A stretch of 63,439 nucleotides of DNA, counting the filler, from Perkinsus chesapeaki ATCC PRA-425 (taxonomy: Eukaryota; Protista; Perkinsozoa), in NCBI GenBank assembly GCA_013115145.1. It is 6 parts of 6 records of this genome, joined end to end, with 100 filler letters (N's around TTAATTAATTAA, not from the genome) between each part and the next. Parts side by side here need not be neighbours in the genome. Positions count along the whole stretch, not along the records: positions 19,017 to 34,306 come from JAAPAO010000729.1; positions 34,407 to 53,860 come from JAAPAO010000639.1; 4 more parts are not named here. One strand, given 5' to 3'. The notes below the pieces were generated by a model that had not been told where the DNA came from, did not search any database, and was given only the letters and a program-made list of their open reading frames with translations. Shown piece by piece: positions 24,496 through 36,755 of the stretch. How positions within the stretch are numbered: the first letter of the stretch is position 1; each line of letters starts with the position of its first letter. A program made the translations under genes and the position numbers.

Positions 24496-27400
24496 ATGGC
24501 TCAGTTGTTACTAGACTTGTGGCTCATGTTGATAGCGGGAGAATCTCGCCGCAGCGCTGCGTTCCTTCTTGGAAGCCTTGTATGCTTTGTGGGGGCTGTT
24601 CAAGGGGGAGGCAACTTCTCTCCAGATAGAGTAGGTGATATGATCTTATAGGGAAGGGAGGCGATGCTTTCAGACCGGTGATGCCATTGCAGATCAGTGC
24701 AATCATGTGGACTTTACTGGGGACCATTTGGTAAGGGCTCAGCTGGCTAAAGCTGTGTCCACCAGGGAGCACCCCTATGCGTTATGGGTATGAGGGTATG
24801 CTCATCTTCTGTGTAGAGGACTCTTGGTTCTCTTAGACTGTTGGAGAGGACCGTGGAGCGTTCGCAAGGCACTCCTGTGAAAGAGTTGTTGGCTCGCCAA
24901 GGCGTAACAAAGACATGCAATACGAAGTTCTGACTAAATGTGATGGCCTGCCGACGACGGCCTACTTCCCAGACGAGGAGGGCGCGGTTGATTTCGCTGT
25001 TCAATGGGGCCATCTGCATAAGGTAAAGGAGACGGGCAACGTCATCGGGGCGCGAGAGTCGTCTTTCTTAGTACGACGTCGACTCGGAAGTCCTCGGCGA
25101 TGGATGGGTCGACAAGAATCCCTTCTCCCGTTTCGCTGTCTTCAAGAAGAAGCTTTCAGCTGCTTACGTGGAGTACGATGCTAATCAGAAGCCAAGCAAG
25201 AGGGCGCTGAAGGTGGGGGCGGAGACAGGGGGCACCGATTACTGTGGCTCAGATCGGCACTAAGACTCGAGTCCAGTGCGATGAGGTTACCTCGGGCCCC
25301 ACTGGGTACAGCGATAAGTGGAAGGTGCTGGTAACTTGCACAAAGGAGAAGTCCAAACAGACTAGAACCTTTGATGTCGAGTTTAAGGACAAGACAAGCG
25401 CCATGAGCTTTGCCACTATATGGGGCGGTTATGCGACTGAAGTGAGGGAATTTAGTGGCGCAGTGACGGTGGTTGCATCTTCATTTCAGGTTCCGATGTC
25501 GAGCAAGATGATTAAAGGATCTAACATTAAAGCTGCGGAGCTGCTTGTCAGTCCAGCAACTGGGAGAGCTAGGAAGCGTGTTCTCAAGGTAGGTCCGGCC
25601 TGCAATATAGTGGCAGCCAAAAACCTACGAGAGACAGGCATCCGCTCACCTACACCAGCTCATTTTTGGGCTGCGTCGCGCACCCCAATTTTGTTTGAAT
25701 TCCGCATATGATAACCATTCGGCAGCAACACTTATATGTGCTCGTCTTGTACGGGGTAGTCAGTCGATGAATCGTTGGCAGCGCTCTGCACACTAGGAGT
25801 GGTCTCGGTGGTGGCTTCGTCCTCGAAGCCTTGGTCTGGCAGCAACTCCTTTGCCCATTTTTTTGCTGCTCATTCAGCTCGAAGACGATGTGCCTAGGAT
25901 TTGCCGTGCTGTCACTGATGTGGTCTACAAGGAGGATGGAGTTGCTGCTGACGTCATTGCACAATGCGACGGCGATGATCTGACCATACCCTTCACAGCA
26001 TACCAGAGAGCTGAAAGATTCGCGGCGCGCTGGGGAGGTTTTAAGAAGGTGAAGGGATAGTCATTGGAGCTGAGTGGCCTGGATTTGATTCTGATCAGGT
26101 TGATGAGGATATTGTCAAGAGCTGCCGTAAGATGGACATCGCTGGGCATTCCGGTGAGCTTGTACGGGCTACGGCAGACGTGGCATCGATGGGCAGGAAG
26201 GTTATCGCCGGCCGTCTAGAGGTGAGGCTTGCAAACGGCTTATGGGCTCAGTTCGGTCACACCTGAGGTATGGGCCTTGCCTCCATTCTGCTTCGGTGGT
26301 GACAGCTCAATAAAATATGGCAATTCAGCGCCTCTTGCATTGGAAAAATACATTCGCTTTTGCAAGTTTCACGTACCCGCCTAGGCCGAACCCCCCGACT
26401 CGGGCCATGCTGGAGCTCGGCTTGAACATTCTGGTCTGGTTTCCCTTCAAAGATTGGATGTTTGCTCAAGCATAGGCCGTTACTTAGGCACTCGACGGGT
26501 CCAAGCTCCGCTGTGACCGTGTCAGCGAGCCGGTCATCTACGAGGCTGATACCGATAAGTTCGCTGTGGTGACTAAATGCCAGGACCGCACCACGAGAAT
26601 AGTGTGTGATGATGAAGACTCCGCCTGGAGGTTCTCCGCCCAATGGTCCAACTTCCGTGCCGGGGTGAGCCATTTCTCGGCTGGCGGTCCCGACATCCTT
26701 GCCAGCAGATCTCAGTGAATCTAGGGCTGGTCAGCGCCTCCACTCGCGTAGACGTGAATCACAATGACAAGCTCTTCCCGTTCACCCTGGCCACAGCTAA
26801 TATTGAGAGCCACGTTAAGACACCGAGCGTCCGCATGCGCTGGCTTGGGGTGAGCTGCTTATCTTTCTATGCTTCCAGCTCGGGGTGCATCGCTATCTTC
26901 AATTCAGCTTCACTACGCGGGCACTTCCCCCAAGGACGATGTGGAGCTATCTCGACAGTGGTTCCTGTGCTCCAAAGTTAAGACCATCAGGGAAGCTGAA
27001 AACGGTACTGTTTGCTCGCTAACTGTTCGCGATTCGTGCGCAGCAGGCGAGTTCCAAGTGATGACGGTCTGCGGTCTGTCCATCCGTAACCGCACCCCGA
27101 CTCCGGAGCACCGCGATAACGAAGTTGCGGTCGTCTTCGCTAAGAGGGAACAAGCAGAGGAGTTCGCTATCCAGTGGGGCCAATACAATCCTGTAGGCAC
27201 CTTATGCACAACGGTAGCCGAGCAAGAGCTAGATTATGTCAGATGCACACTCATGACGTCGGAGCTATCTACAATACCGATCCTCTCGTCGATGTCCAAA
27301 CCGCCGCCTACTACCGCGATTCCTTCTCGGGGCAGCGATCGGGGAGAACCTTCACCGTAGGGCTTGTAGACTGCAGCTTGTTGGCTACCGTTGGTCTTTA

Positions 27401-30400
27401 TCGTAGACACGCGATGCTTCTTATGACTGCGGCGCATTGACTGGCATGGAACACCAAGTCAACGGCAACGTATACATATATACGAAGTGCTCGGGACAGA
27501 GGAACAAGGAAGACCTTCCCTCTGCTGAGGTAGATGCTCGGTGGGCTCTCGAGCAACTGCTGGATTTGCGATTTGCTCTGGCAGACTCAGCTGGTATTAA
27601 TGAGGGCCGAGACAGCTGTTAAGTGGGCGGTGAAGTGGGGAGGTGATGCTACTCCTGAAGTAAGTGCCTGGTTGTGTTAGTCTGTAGTCTAGCCCTGTAC
27701 GACCCGATCAGATCCATATGTCATCCGACATTATTTCGGACGCCACAGCTAGTGTTCAGGGCCAAGTTAGTGGCAGCGTTGCCGTGGCCAAACTCGTTTA
27801 CGCCTCTTCGGGAACCCTCGATAAAAGATTCCTCGAGGTGGGAAATGTGTAGACGTGCTGCGGGTATATCTCTGAATCAGCTAAGCGATGGCAGCGGAAA
27901 GTCCTTCGTTTACACCTGTGAAGGCGTCTCTCCGGAGATCAGCGTCCACGGTGAGAGCTACACTGTTAAGGTAGACTGTCCCATTGGTAACGGTATTGCG
28001 AAACCTACGGCCAGGCTTTGTGCGGTACCTCTACCGTTGAAATAACCTTCCCAAGTGAGAAGCTCGGAGTTGCCTTTGCTCGTTATTTTGGGGGCCTCCA
28101 CAGTGCGAGCGTAAGTGTGACAGAACATCAATGCTGCGCTGGTAGCTCGTAAATTCCCAGGTTGATTCGGATAGCGAGTTCATTGGCTCGTGTCGCAACG
28201 TTGTGATTGGAACGGCAGGCGGTGTCCATGAACTTAAGCACGCTCGCCTTCGGGAGGAACTTGGCACAGGAGAACTGAAGAGGCTTCTAGTGGTAAGTGC
28301 GATTCCTGTGCAGAAATGTTTCAGAAATGTGTGTGCTAGGTCCAGGGAGAACAACAAGAGCTAAGCTGCTCTCCGGTCACGAATCCGCCGGAGTTTGACG
28401 AAGGCGTTTACAAGCTTACCGTCGTTTGTGGCGCAAAACCCGTTACCATTACCTGTACCGAGTCTGATTCGGCAGTGCTCTTCGCCACTCGTTGGGGTGC
28501 ATACCCGTACTCAGAAGTAAGGGTTTGCAATAGGAAGTCGGCGTGCTTCATGGGACGCTCACATTGCTCTCTTTCAGCTTGGTGTCAAGCTTTCTTCGGG
28601 GGTGTGCTCGAATGCCCGGCTGGATGGCGACGCAGGTTGGATGGTGAAGAGACAAACCGTTGCCATAACGGGAACAACTCGAAGCTTCATGGTGAGAAGA
28701 TCGGGAGGGTACAGAGTTTCAATGTGGAAATGCACGGCTCCGGTGGCTCAATCGGATAGAGCGTTGGACTTCTAATCCAAAGGTTGCGGGTTCAAGCCCC
28801 GCCCGGAGTATTTTATTATTTTTTACCGTGCCTCAGAAGCATGTCATGGATTTGTGTGCAGGTTGAGAAAGGAGGCGTTTCAAGACGCGTGGAGTGCAAT
28901 GGCTTGACAAACAATCCTCAAGTGGGGCTAGGCGAGATAGAGATATCAATCGACTGCCATGACTCCGCCGTCCATGGCAAACCCCTGAAGGTAACCATAC
29001 AATCACCAACAAGCCACTAGTATCCCTACTTCAGTTGGAGTTGCTGTGCTTAAGCCCACCAGATGCAGTCCAAGTTTGTAAGGGACCGCTGTTTGAGAAG
29101 AATGATGCCATCGTGAGTTGTCGGATATGAGCAGGGTAGATAGTCGGTCCTACTACTACTAGGTTGAGATCAGCAGTCATGTCCGCCTGGCATGTGATGT
29201 CGTCACAGTCTCTGGGCAGTCAGATGTGATGCAGGTGGCATCGGCCAGTATTCAAGACTCAGCAGTGGTGGTTGAGGTAAGCTTTATGATCCTCATCAGG
29301 ATGTGATAACTCTCCTCCAATCAGATCTCCGGACTCGGTCAGTCCAACACTAGGCAGTTTTCCTGCTCTCACTTGCTCGGTCCGCCGGAGACTACAGATC
29401 ACCAGACACTTATGCTCCACGCTCAATGCGAGGGCGAGGTAGAGCATTTCCCAATTGAACTACCTGATCCGCCCGAATTGACCTCGAAATCCCCACCACA
29501 GGTGCTCAATTTTGAATGCAAAGACCCCGCGGCCGCCCTGCAGTTGGCATCCTGGGGACAGATAGAGCAGCCTGCGGTATGTTACCCTGGGATGAAGTTA
29601 TGTCTCAATGAGCCCTTTAGATCGCTCTTCAGCAAGAGGTGGTCAGTTCTTGTCCTGAGGTTCGACAACAAGGCATTTCAAACGGCTTTTCGCTCACCAG
29701 GGTGAGTTTGATAAAGCGCCAAACACGCGTGCCATACTAAAAATATCAGGCCACATACAAGCCGAGTTTCGTGAAGCAGTCGGGTGGGGAACAGAAACGT
29801 TGGTTGACGGTACGTCGGTGCGGCTCGGATTGTGTCTGACATGCAGGCCATCAGATAACCCTGAGAAACGAGGAGCCCAGTTATGAGGACTCAGACTTTT
29901 CCCTCGCCTGCAGTGCTGTGGCGAGCACGCCGGAGCCCTTCGTTACACTCAACCGAGATGTTGAGAAATATAAAGTGATTGTAGAGTGTGATGGAGCTGA
30001 AGGCATGGGTGGCAGCACTAAGGTTGAAGTGAGCCGCCGGTGTTGGTCTCCTGAATACAAAAGGCTCTCGTAGGTATTATGTGACGATTTCCACAATGCA
30101 ATGCAGCTCGCTACGACTTGGGGCTCCCTGGAAACTTCCCATGCGGTAAGCTGAATCGGTTGAGGGTACGTGGTTGGGCTGATGGCGGATGGTGTAGGCT
30201 ATGATTGAACTCACTACGCTGCACACTCACCTGAAGGCGGCCTGGCTAGATGGTGCACAAGTGGACACTAACAAGGTTCATATGTTCGTCGCGCGCCCTA
30301 AAAATACTGAGGCCCATGGATCCAGCTTCCTACAAGTACAGGAGAGTCTCGAAGGAAATATGTTGCAAGTAAAACGCTTTCTGTTTTGGTTCCTCCCTGA

Positions 30401-31697
30401 CAGCCGGCTCTGCTTAGATTGGTACCATCTCCTACAAGTGCGACTCGAATGCCCAGCACCGTGTCTACTTTAAGCAATTCTTCTATTATGTCACAATGCA
30501 GTGCAATGAATACGCACCCGATAAGACTAGTCTGGAGGGCTCTCATAAAGTGACTTTAATCGCTAACACTGAGGAGGGTGCACTTACAGTCGCCAAGGCC
30601 TTCGCCGGGATGCGAGTCGACAAGGTGGGTTCGTTTTCTTCGAGCTTCCTCCCTCTGCAAACAGCTGAAGTCCATCCTTATGATGTCCCACGGCTCGCAT
30701 ACCCCCCAGATTACCCGTTATCAGGTATGGATCGATCACACTCTCTACTTTGCCGGTGAGGAGGGTGTCACTAAGATCAGCGACACCAACGCTGATCTCA
30801 CCCAGGCTTACATCAATGTGTTCCCTCGCGAATACATTCTAGATGTAAGGCAGCGGCATCGGCGGCTCGGCATTATCCATTCATCCACTCAGTTCAACGG
30901 TGCATTCCAGTACAGCTGTATCGAGGCATCCCAGGCTCCAAGGTATACCACCGACAACATGTATCAAGTATCCCTCACTTGCGGCAAACGTGTTGAGGAC
31001 TCCGAACCCGAACAGAAGGACCAAGTCGTCACCGTTGGCTTCTCTACGCCCGTGAAGGCCATTGGCTTCTCAAACGGTTTCGGCGGGCTCCTGTATCACG
31101 AGGTGATGATGAATGCGCGAGTTGAGGGGATTGCACTGGTGCTTCTGTAGGTTGATTTTGATCCTAAGATTACACATACTGTCAACTATATCGCTCCTTT
31201 GCCCGAGCAACACATGGGAAGGGAAGAGATTTTCCCGCTCAAGAGGGCCACGGTCAAGTTCGACCTGACTGGTCGTCTCGTCTCTCGCCGGCTTGAAGTG
31301 GGTTGTTAGCTCTGTCTCATCTGGAATAGAAAGTACCTTTGTTCAGTTCCTTCGCGCCGACCACTTTTATGGGAGTGACAATGGTGAGCGCACCTACCAC
31401 GCTGTGAAGTTCGAGTGCGATGAGAAGCTCACTCTCGACCGCAAGTCCGACAAATCCGGCAATCTTATCGCCACTACGCTAACCGCTACGTGTGTCGAAA
31501 CTTACGGTGGCTTCCATCAACAACACGGTGACAAAGTGAAGGTTCTGTTGGCTTTCCTGAGGTTCCCTGATGCTGCCGAACATTTCATGAGTTGGTGGCG
31601 CGGCAATTTCAAGCCTGTCGCTGTTCAAGAGGATTCGCCGATCAACAGCGCTCAGGCATCTGGATGGTTGAAGGATATCAGATACTTACTCGGATAG
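24496..31697 (+). CDS. Giant multi-exon predicted secreted protein with about 14 diverged tandem copies of an unrecognised two-Cys module ending F-x5-A-x2-FA-x2-WG
   Basis: First exon gives a hydrophobic signal (AAFLLGSLVCFVGAVQG). Successive GT-AG-bounded exons each yield C-x(n)-[YFW]xVxxxC-x(n)-strand-helix-WG; stop TAG at 31695-31697. I found no internal terminal exon, but not every junction was resolved. Confidence 0.7.
28737..28810 (+). tRNA. tRNA-Arg (anticodon TCT), intronless, in the sense orientation inside an intron of the giant repeat gene
   Basis: GCTCCGG/CCGGAGT acceptor, TGGCTCAATCGGATAGAGC D arm, TTGGA-CT TCT AA-TCCAA, GCGGGTTCAAGCCCCGC T arm, T-rich terminator downstream. Confidence 0.95.
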
Positions 31698-32668
31698 ATG
31701 ATGGTGTTAATAACGTGTTTTACAAGGTGTTCGTCTTTCATGCTATGGTGTGATTAAATGAAAATAATGCCATGTTTATCAGTTGTACTGTGGACTCCCC
31801 TACTTGCGTTCCGAGTCACTCGAAAGTGCATGCACAAGACACCTGAGATGACGAGCACCTCTCGATAGCTTCAACATGAGCCAGACCGAATCTCCGCTCC
31901 GAGCCTCCTATAGCAACAGACAAAGTCTAATCTGGCGTGTAACCTCTCTCTGTTGTTGTCAGTGGTATGGAATTCGCTCTCATGATTCTGTGACAAGTTC
32001 AGCACTGTCTCCTGGTATTAGTACAGTACTAGTAGTCCTGACTACAGTAGACCATCGTGGTGCACTCCTGAGCCACATATACCATCATTATCTCTCATAT
32101 ACATAGGCATACTAGATGACTGTGGCATGCGGGAGTGAGAGCAGACGGCTGAACGAAACCGGAGAAAACCTACTGAACAATATGCGAGGAGGCGAAAGTT
32201 ATGATGGAGCGTATCCCCGAGGGTGACGTGTAGTTCCAAAAAACTTTGATAGAAAGCGAATCACAGCCGGTTGGGCACCTCCAGTCACATTAAAAATCAA
32301 TAAGTGCGCATATTTTTGATGACGTCGTCGAACAGACGTTCGACAGGGTCTGTGATTCGTGATGACTCGTATGGAGTCTGAGACCAGTGAGACGCACTGA
32401 GCCTATGACGCTCCCTGTTCATGCGTGTATCGAAAAGTAGTTTGAAACGCTCGCTTACGACGTATTGCTTTATGCGAACGAACAAAACGAATTACGAAAC
32501 AACACAACAAAGGTTTATCCACGGGTTTCGAGGACAGATCGAATGGCGACTTTGTTAGGAACACAGATGGATAAGCGTGATCACATGTGAAAGACGGTGA
32601 TATGGCTCCATTAGTGAAGTATTCTACACGAATGTCATACACGTTCCCTCCCTTCGTGAACATCTCCA

Positions 32669-34306
32669 ATGAAGTCCCAACACATTGCAGCTTATCACTT
32701 GGTCCTCCTCGTAACCAGAGTTCTCTCCTTCCATCTCGAAGGGAAAACATATGACTCCGACACTATCGATAGATATGCTGCCTTCAAGAAGAAGTAAAAA
32801 CTTAACCGCCTCCGCGAAGATGTGGTCCTCTATTTCGATCACTCAGGTATGCCATAAGCTTTGACAGTATGGCTGAGGACGCATATCGCCTCGAAGTATT
32901 CACGAAGAATGTGATGTTTATAGAGGAAACTAATAGAAGAAGTGGGTGATACATGTCAACGATGCTAATGTTCCTTAATACTTCCCACCTACTCGAGCGA
33001 TATGAGTACGGCTGAGCTGAGGGTAGAATTTGGTGCCTAATCCGTTTCGGTGGCGATGACAACCTTATTTTCATCATGCAACCTCTGGTTCATGTCGCAA
33101 AAACTTAATTGCAACGTGAGATCTTTAGATTTATCGTATACATTGGAGGTTAACGAGTTCGCCGCCATGACCCAAGGAGAGTTCGCCAGAGAGAAGATGG
33201 CTTCACCAGATTCGTTTCCAGTGCATTCTGGTCTGTCAAGCATTACTCTGAAGTCCGCAAGTCGTCTTCTTTAGTAGACATCCCGCTAGGGAACGAACAT
33301 TATATGAGGAACGACTCGCTGGAGGACTTCCCATCAGACCTCAGCTGGGTTGAAAGAGGTGCCGTTAACAGCCCAATTCCTCAGGGCCCATGTGATAGCT
33401 GCTACGCGATAGGGACGTTAGGTAAGAACTGGCTCACTTTGAGGTTATCAATTCCCATTTGATAACCTACTTGGTGATATCCATCGGATGTCTTATCCTC
33501 CAGGTGCTTTGGAAGCAGCATGCTGGGCTAAAACTGGTACCCTACCCAAACTTTCGGTACAGCAAATAGTTGACTGTTCACGGGAAGAAGGCAACTTGTG
33601 AGCGCCTTTACCAAAAATTTTCTTGCAGAAAATATTTGTCAATAAGGTTTTTTGTTTTAGAGGTTGTGTGACAGGCTCACAAGGGTTCACCCTGAGGTAT
33701 ATAGCCAAGTATGGCATAGTGTCCGATGAAGACTATCCTTATGAAGCCAAGGAGCAACAGTGCAAGAATGACGTCGTATCTGATAAGACCAAGCAATACT
33801 TGAAGGTGAGACCAGCTCTTCAATACCGACGGTTCTCATGTGTGATTCTTTCAGCCGAGAAACCTACAAATTGTAGGTTGTAGGCTACAATCACACGATG
33901 TCGTTCGGGTCGCGGCAAACGATCTCAGAAGTCTTTTCGTGCAACTTCAAAAGAGCCCCATAGTCATTATGATTGACGCCAGCGAGCCTGAGTGGCGAGC
34001 ATACAAGGGAGGGATTCTTGAATGTGAGCCGCCGATTTCGATAACGTCGAGAATCAAAGTCAGCCTTCCCTTGCCAAAGTGCGCCAAATCACATGGTTCT
34101 CCTTGTCGGTTATGGAATGGAAAAAGGGAAAAGGCAAGCCCGCCTCTCATCATGAACTTCGTGAACTATCCGATAGTTACTGGGTTATAAGAAATAGCTG
34201 GGGCACTGGTTGGGGGGAAGGTGGGTATCGAAGGATTGGTAACGATGGCATCGCCACACTTATTGTTTCTGATGCCAATGCTGACTCGTACGGTGGTATA
34301 CTACTC
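32669..34306 (+). CDS. Cathepsin L-like cysteine protease, copy 2; 3' end diverges and is truncated at the contig end
   Basis: Signal MKSQHIAAYHLVLLVTRVLS; [37 protein letters not shown]; QGPCDSCYAI; NHMVLLVGYG; [12 protein letters not shown]. Near-identical to copy 1 over 32834-34228. Confidence 0.88.
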
Positions 34307-35166
34307 NNNNNNNNNNNNNNNNNNNNNNNNNNNNNNNNNNNNNNNNNNNNTTAATTAATTAANNNNNNNNNNNNNNNNNNNNNNNNNNNNNNNNNNNNNN
34401 NNNNNNACTCAACGATGGTTAGAGACAACAGCTACACTGTCGCACAAGGGCTAGCTTGGAACACCAACAATTGTGGGGCACAGGACACGCTAAGCATCAA
34501 TTGTGTATTCTCACTGTGTCGAAAAGCGTCACGTAAAGTTGAAGCAAGTCACGAGAGATTAGAAATCTCTAGAGCCTCGAGTTCAGTGTTTATGAGTATA
34601 GTCCAACGGCAGAAATGGCGCAGTTATACTATCCATGCCATGTGCAACTGCCGAGAAGGTTTAATACCTATACTGTGCTTGTCACTGTATGGCTTACCCA
34701 GGAGAATGTAGCTGGTGGTAAGAGATCCTACTCCGCCTAGCAGAATTTACTTACGCAACCAAGGGCCTGTATACAGCTACCAAAAGACGACGGCTCCAAA
34801 GGTGCGAGACCACAACCTTGCACGGTTGTGTCTTAATGTTACATCTGGTTCATTTGGCTGTTTAGACAACGAAGGGTAGCGAAGTTCCAAATCCGGTACC
34901 ACATTTCCGTATGTAAACATTTTTCGTTTGCTCATTGCTCGAAGTACAGTACGAACAGCGGAGTGACTCGTACGGCATTAGAAAGGCCCTGGCGAAAGCT
35001 CTCGAGTGGTAGCCGTGTTACCAAAAATTTCCCACCCGTTACGAAATCACAGGGGTGGTCCCTTTTTTGCAGCACCCTGTAGGAAGCGAGTAGGAGCTCA
35101 ATGTGAGACGGGGCATCCTACGCATATCCTAGCAGATAGGAGAGATTTAAAGCCTCCAGACTCTGG

Positions 35167-36084
35167 CAGGGTGTGTTGGCTAAGCAACCCATTTTTGGCA
35201 GGCCACGCTTGGGCCATTGAGGGGTATAGCGCGAGGCGCAGTAGGGCATGGTGCCACTGTTCTTAGAACAGTGTTCTTAGAACAGTGACTGCACTATAAT
35301 CTACATTCGAGCTCTTCCTAATTTTCGTTTGTCAGCCTTGCAGTGTCTTGAAAGACTCTGACTAATAGATTGTCTGGCACAATGATACTGGCATAAGGAC
35401 CTATTGTCGGACCGCTCGAGATCCTGAACTCGAGCTCTCGTTCACTCGATAGCACACTTCTCGCGTCTTAAGAAATGCAGTGCTAAGCATGGATAATGAG
35501 GAATACTGATTCAAGACTCCTCCTGTTTTAAGATGAGCAGAGGCCGGACTAACAAAAGTTACCAGTTGCAATATAGTACAATGTACTAAGTACATGCAGG
35601 ATGATTCGAGTTCGAGGCATAATGCTGCAGCTATCTTCCATTACTGTGCAAACGGAATGTGCGGTTGAACCAGAGATGACGAAGTGACCTTTTCCCGTCC
35701 CTCTTCTATAATCAACCGTCCATCGGCGAATTCAATCAGGCCTCCGCGTCTAGGGCTCAAGAGCTCGAGGGGATGCCGCCTGTTTGTGGTTAATATGATA
35801 TTACTCTCGAAATGCTCATTGTCAAGCCGTTCTCTACTTCCATCGGCTGTCCTATTGTCGTATGCCGGTTCCTACGGTTAAAATCTTGCATTTCCATACG
35901 CGTATTCAACCGTGCCGACATTGCGGCGGACATTGCGCACCTCATCGTGGGCGACATTTCCACCAATAAAACATAGTATTTGTAGTGGATGCCAGGGATG
36001 TGGCGCAGGATCCAGATTCTGGATTCCAGAAGTGTGGGGCAGGGTGCAGTTTGCTCCCAAATCAGGCTTAGCCAACACACTCTG
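35167..36084. mobile_element. Candidate non-autonomous TIR element (~920 bp)
   Basis: 19-bp inverted repeats cagggtgtgttggctaagc (35167-35185) and gcttagccaacacactctg (36066-36084), 1 mismatch. In the paralogous region (about 40745-40850) the two flanks are contiguous and the segment is absent. Confidence 0.6.
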
Positions 36085-36755
36085 GGGTCCAGAGACATAT
36101 CTCGAAGGCCCGTTGCTGACATATTCTGTGCACGAATGCCAAGCTCCAATGCGATACTCATTCTCTTTTTGAGAAATACGTCACGTCGCGTGACTATCTC
36201 CAAATTCAACTGGTCCTTGGACTGCCGGCCAGATACACAGTGATCACTGGAGCTGGAAGTTCAGGCTTAGTATTTTGTCTGCTCAACACGGGTTCTCCTT
36301 TCTCGTACCATCCACTAACGCGCGCCACGATACGCGATGGCCTACTGTATTTTCGTGGGGCAGTCTTGAGTCGTATGGCGGATGCAAGCTTTAGAAATTT
36401 TCCATGGCCGCAATCAAGCTCCACTCAAACAGCGCAGTAACTGAAAGCGTGAACGTGAGGTCCCATCATGGAGTTCCCTGAAATGCGCTCATGACTTTTC
36501 AGAGCATGAGCATAACCGCACTAAATAGTAACACAAAGAACACAATACCATCAGAAAATAGAAGATGCGGGAAGGTATACAATATAATTGATAAACGACT
36601 CAACGTAATAGTATCGAACACTGCTGAGTTGGCAATAGGACGGTTAATAGGCTACTGATAATGGCCCTATTAATAGCTCGGAGTAGATCGCAATAATATC
36701 GGCAAAGGATGACATAAGTCCTACAGCTTCTATCAAGGTCACGAAGTTTCGGCAT

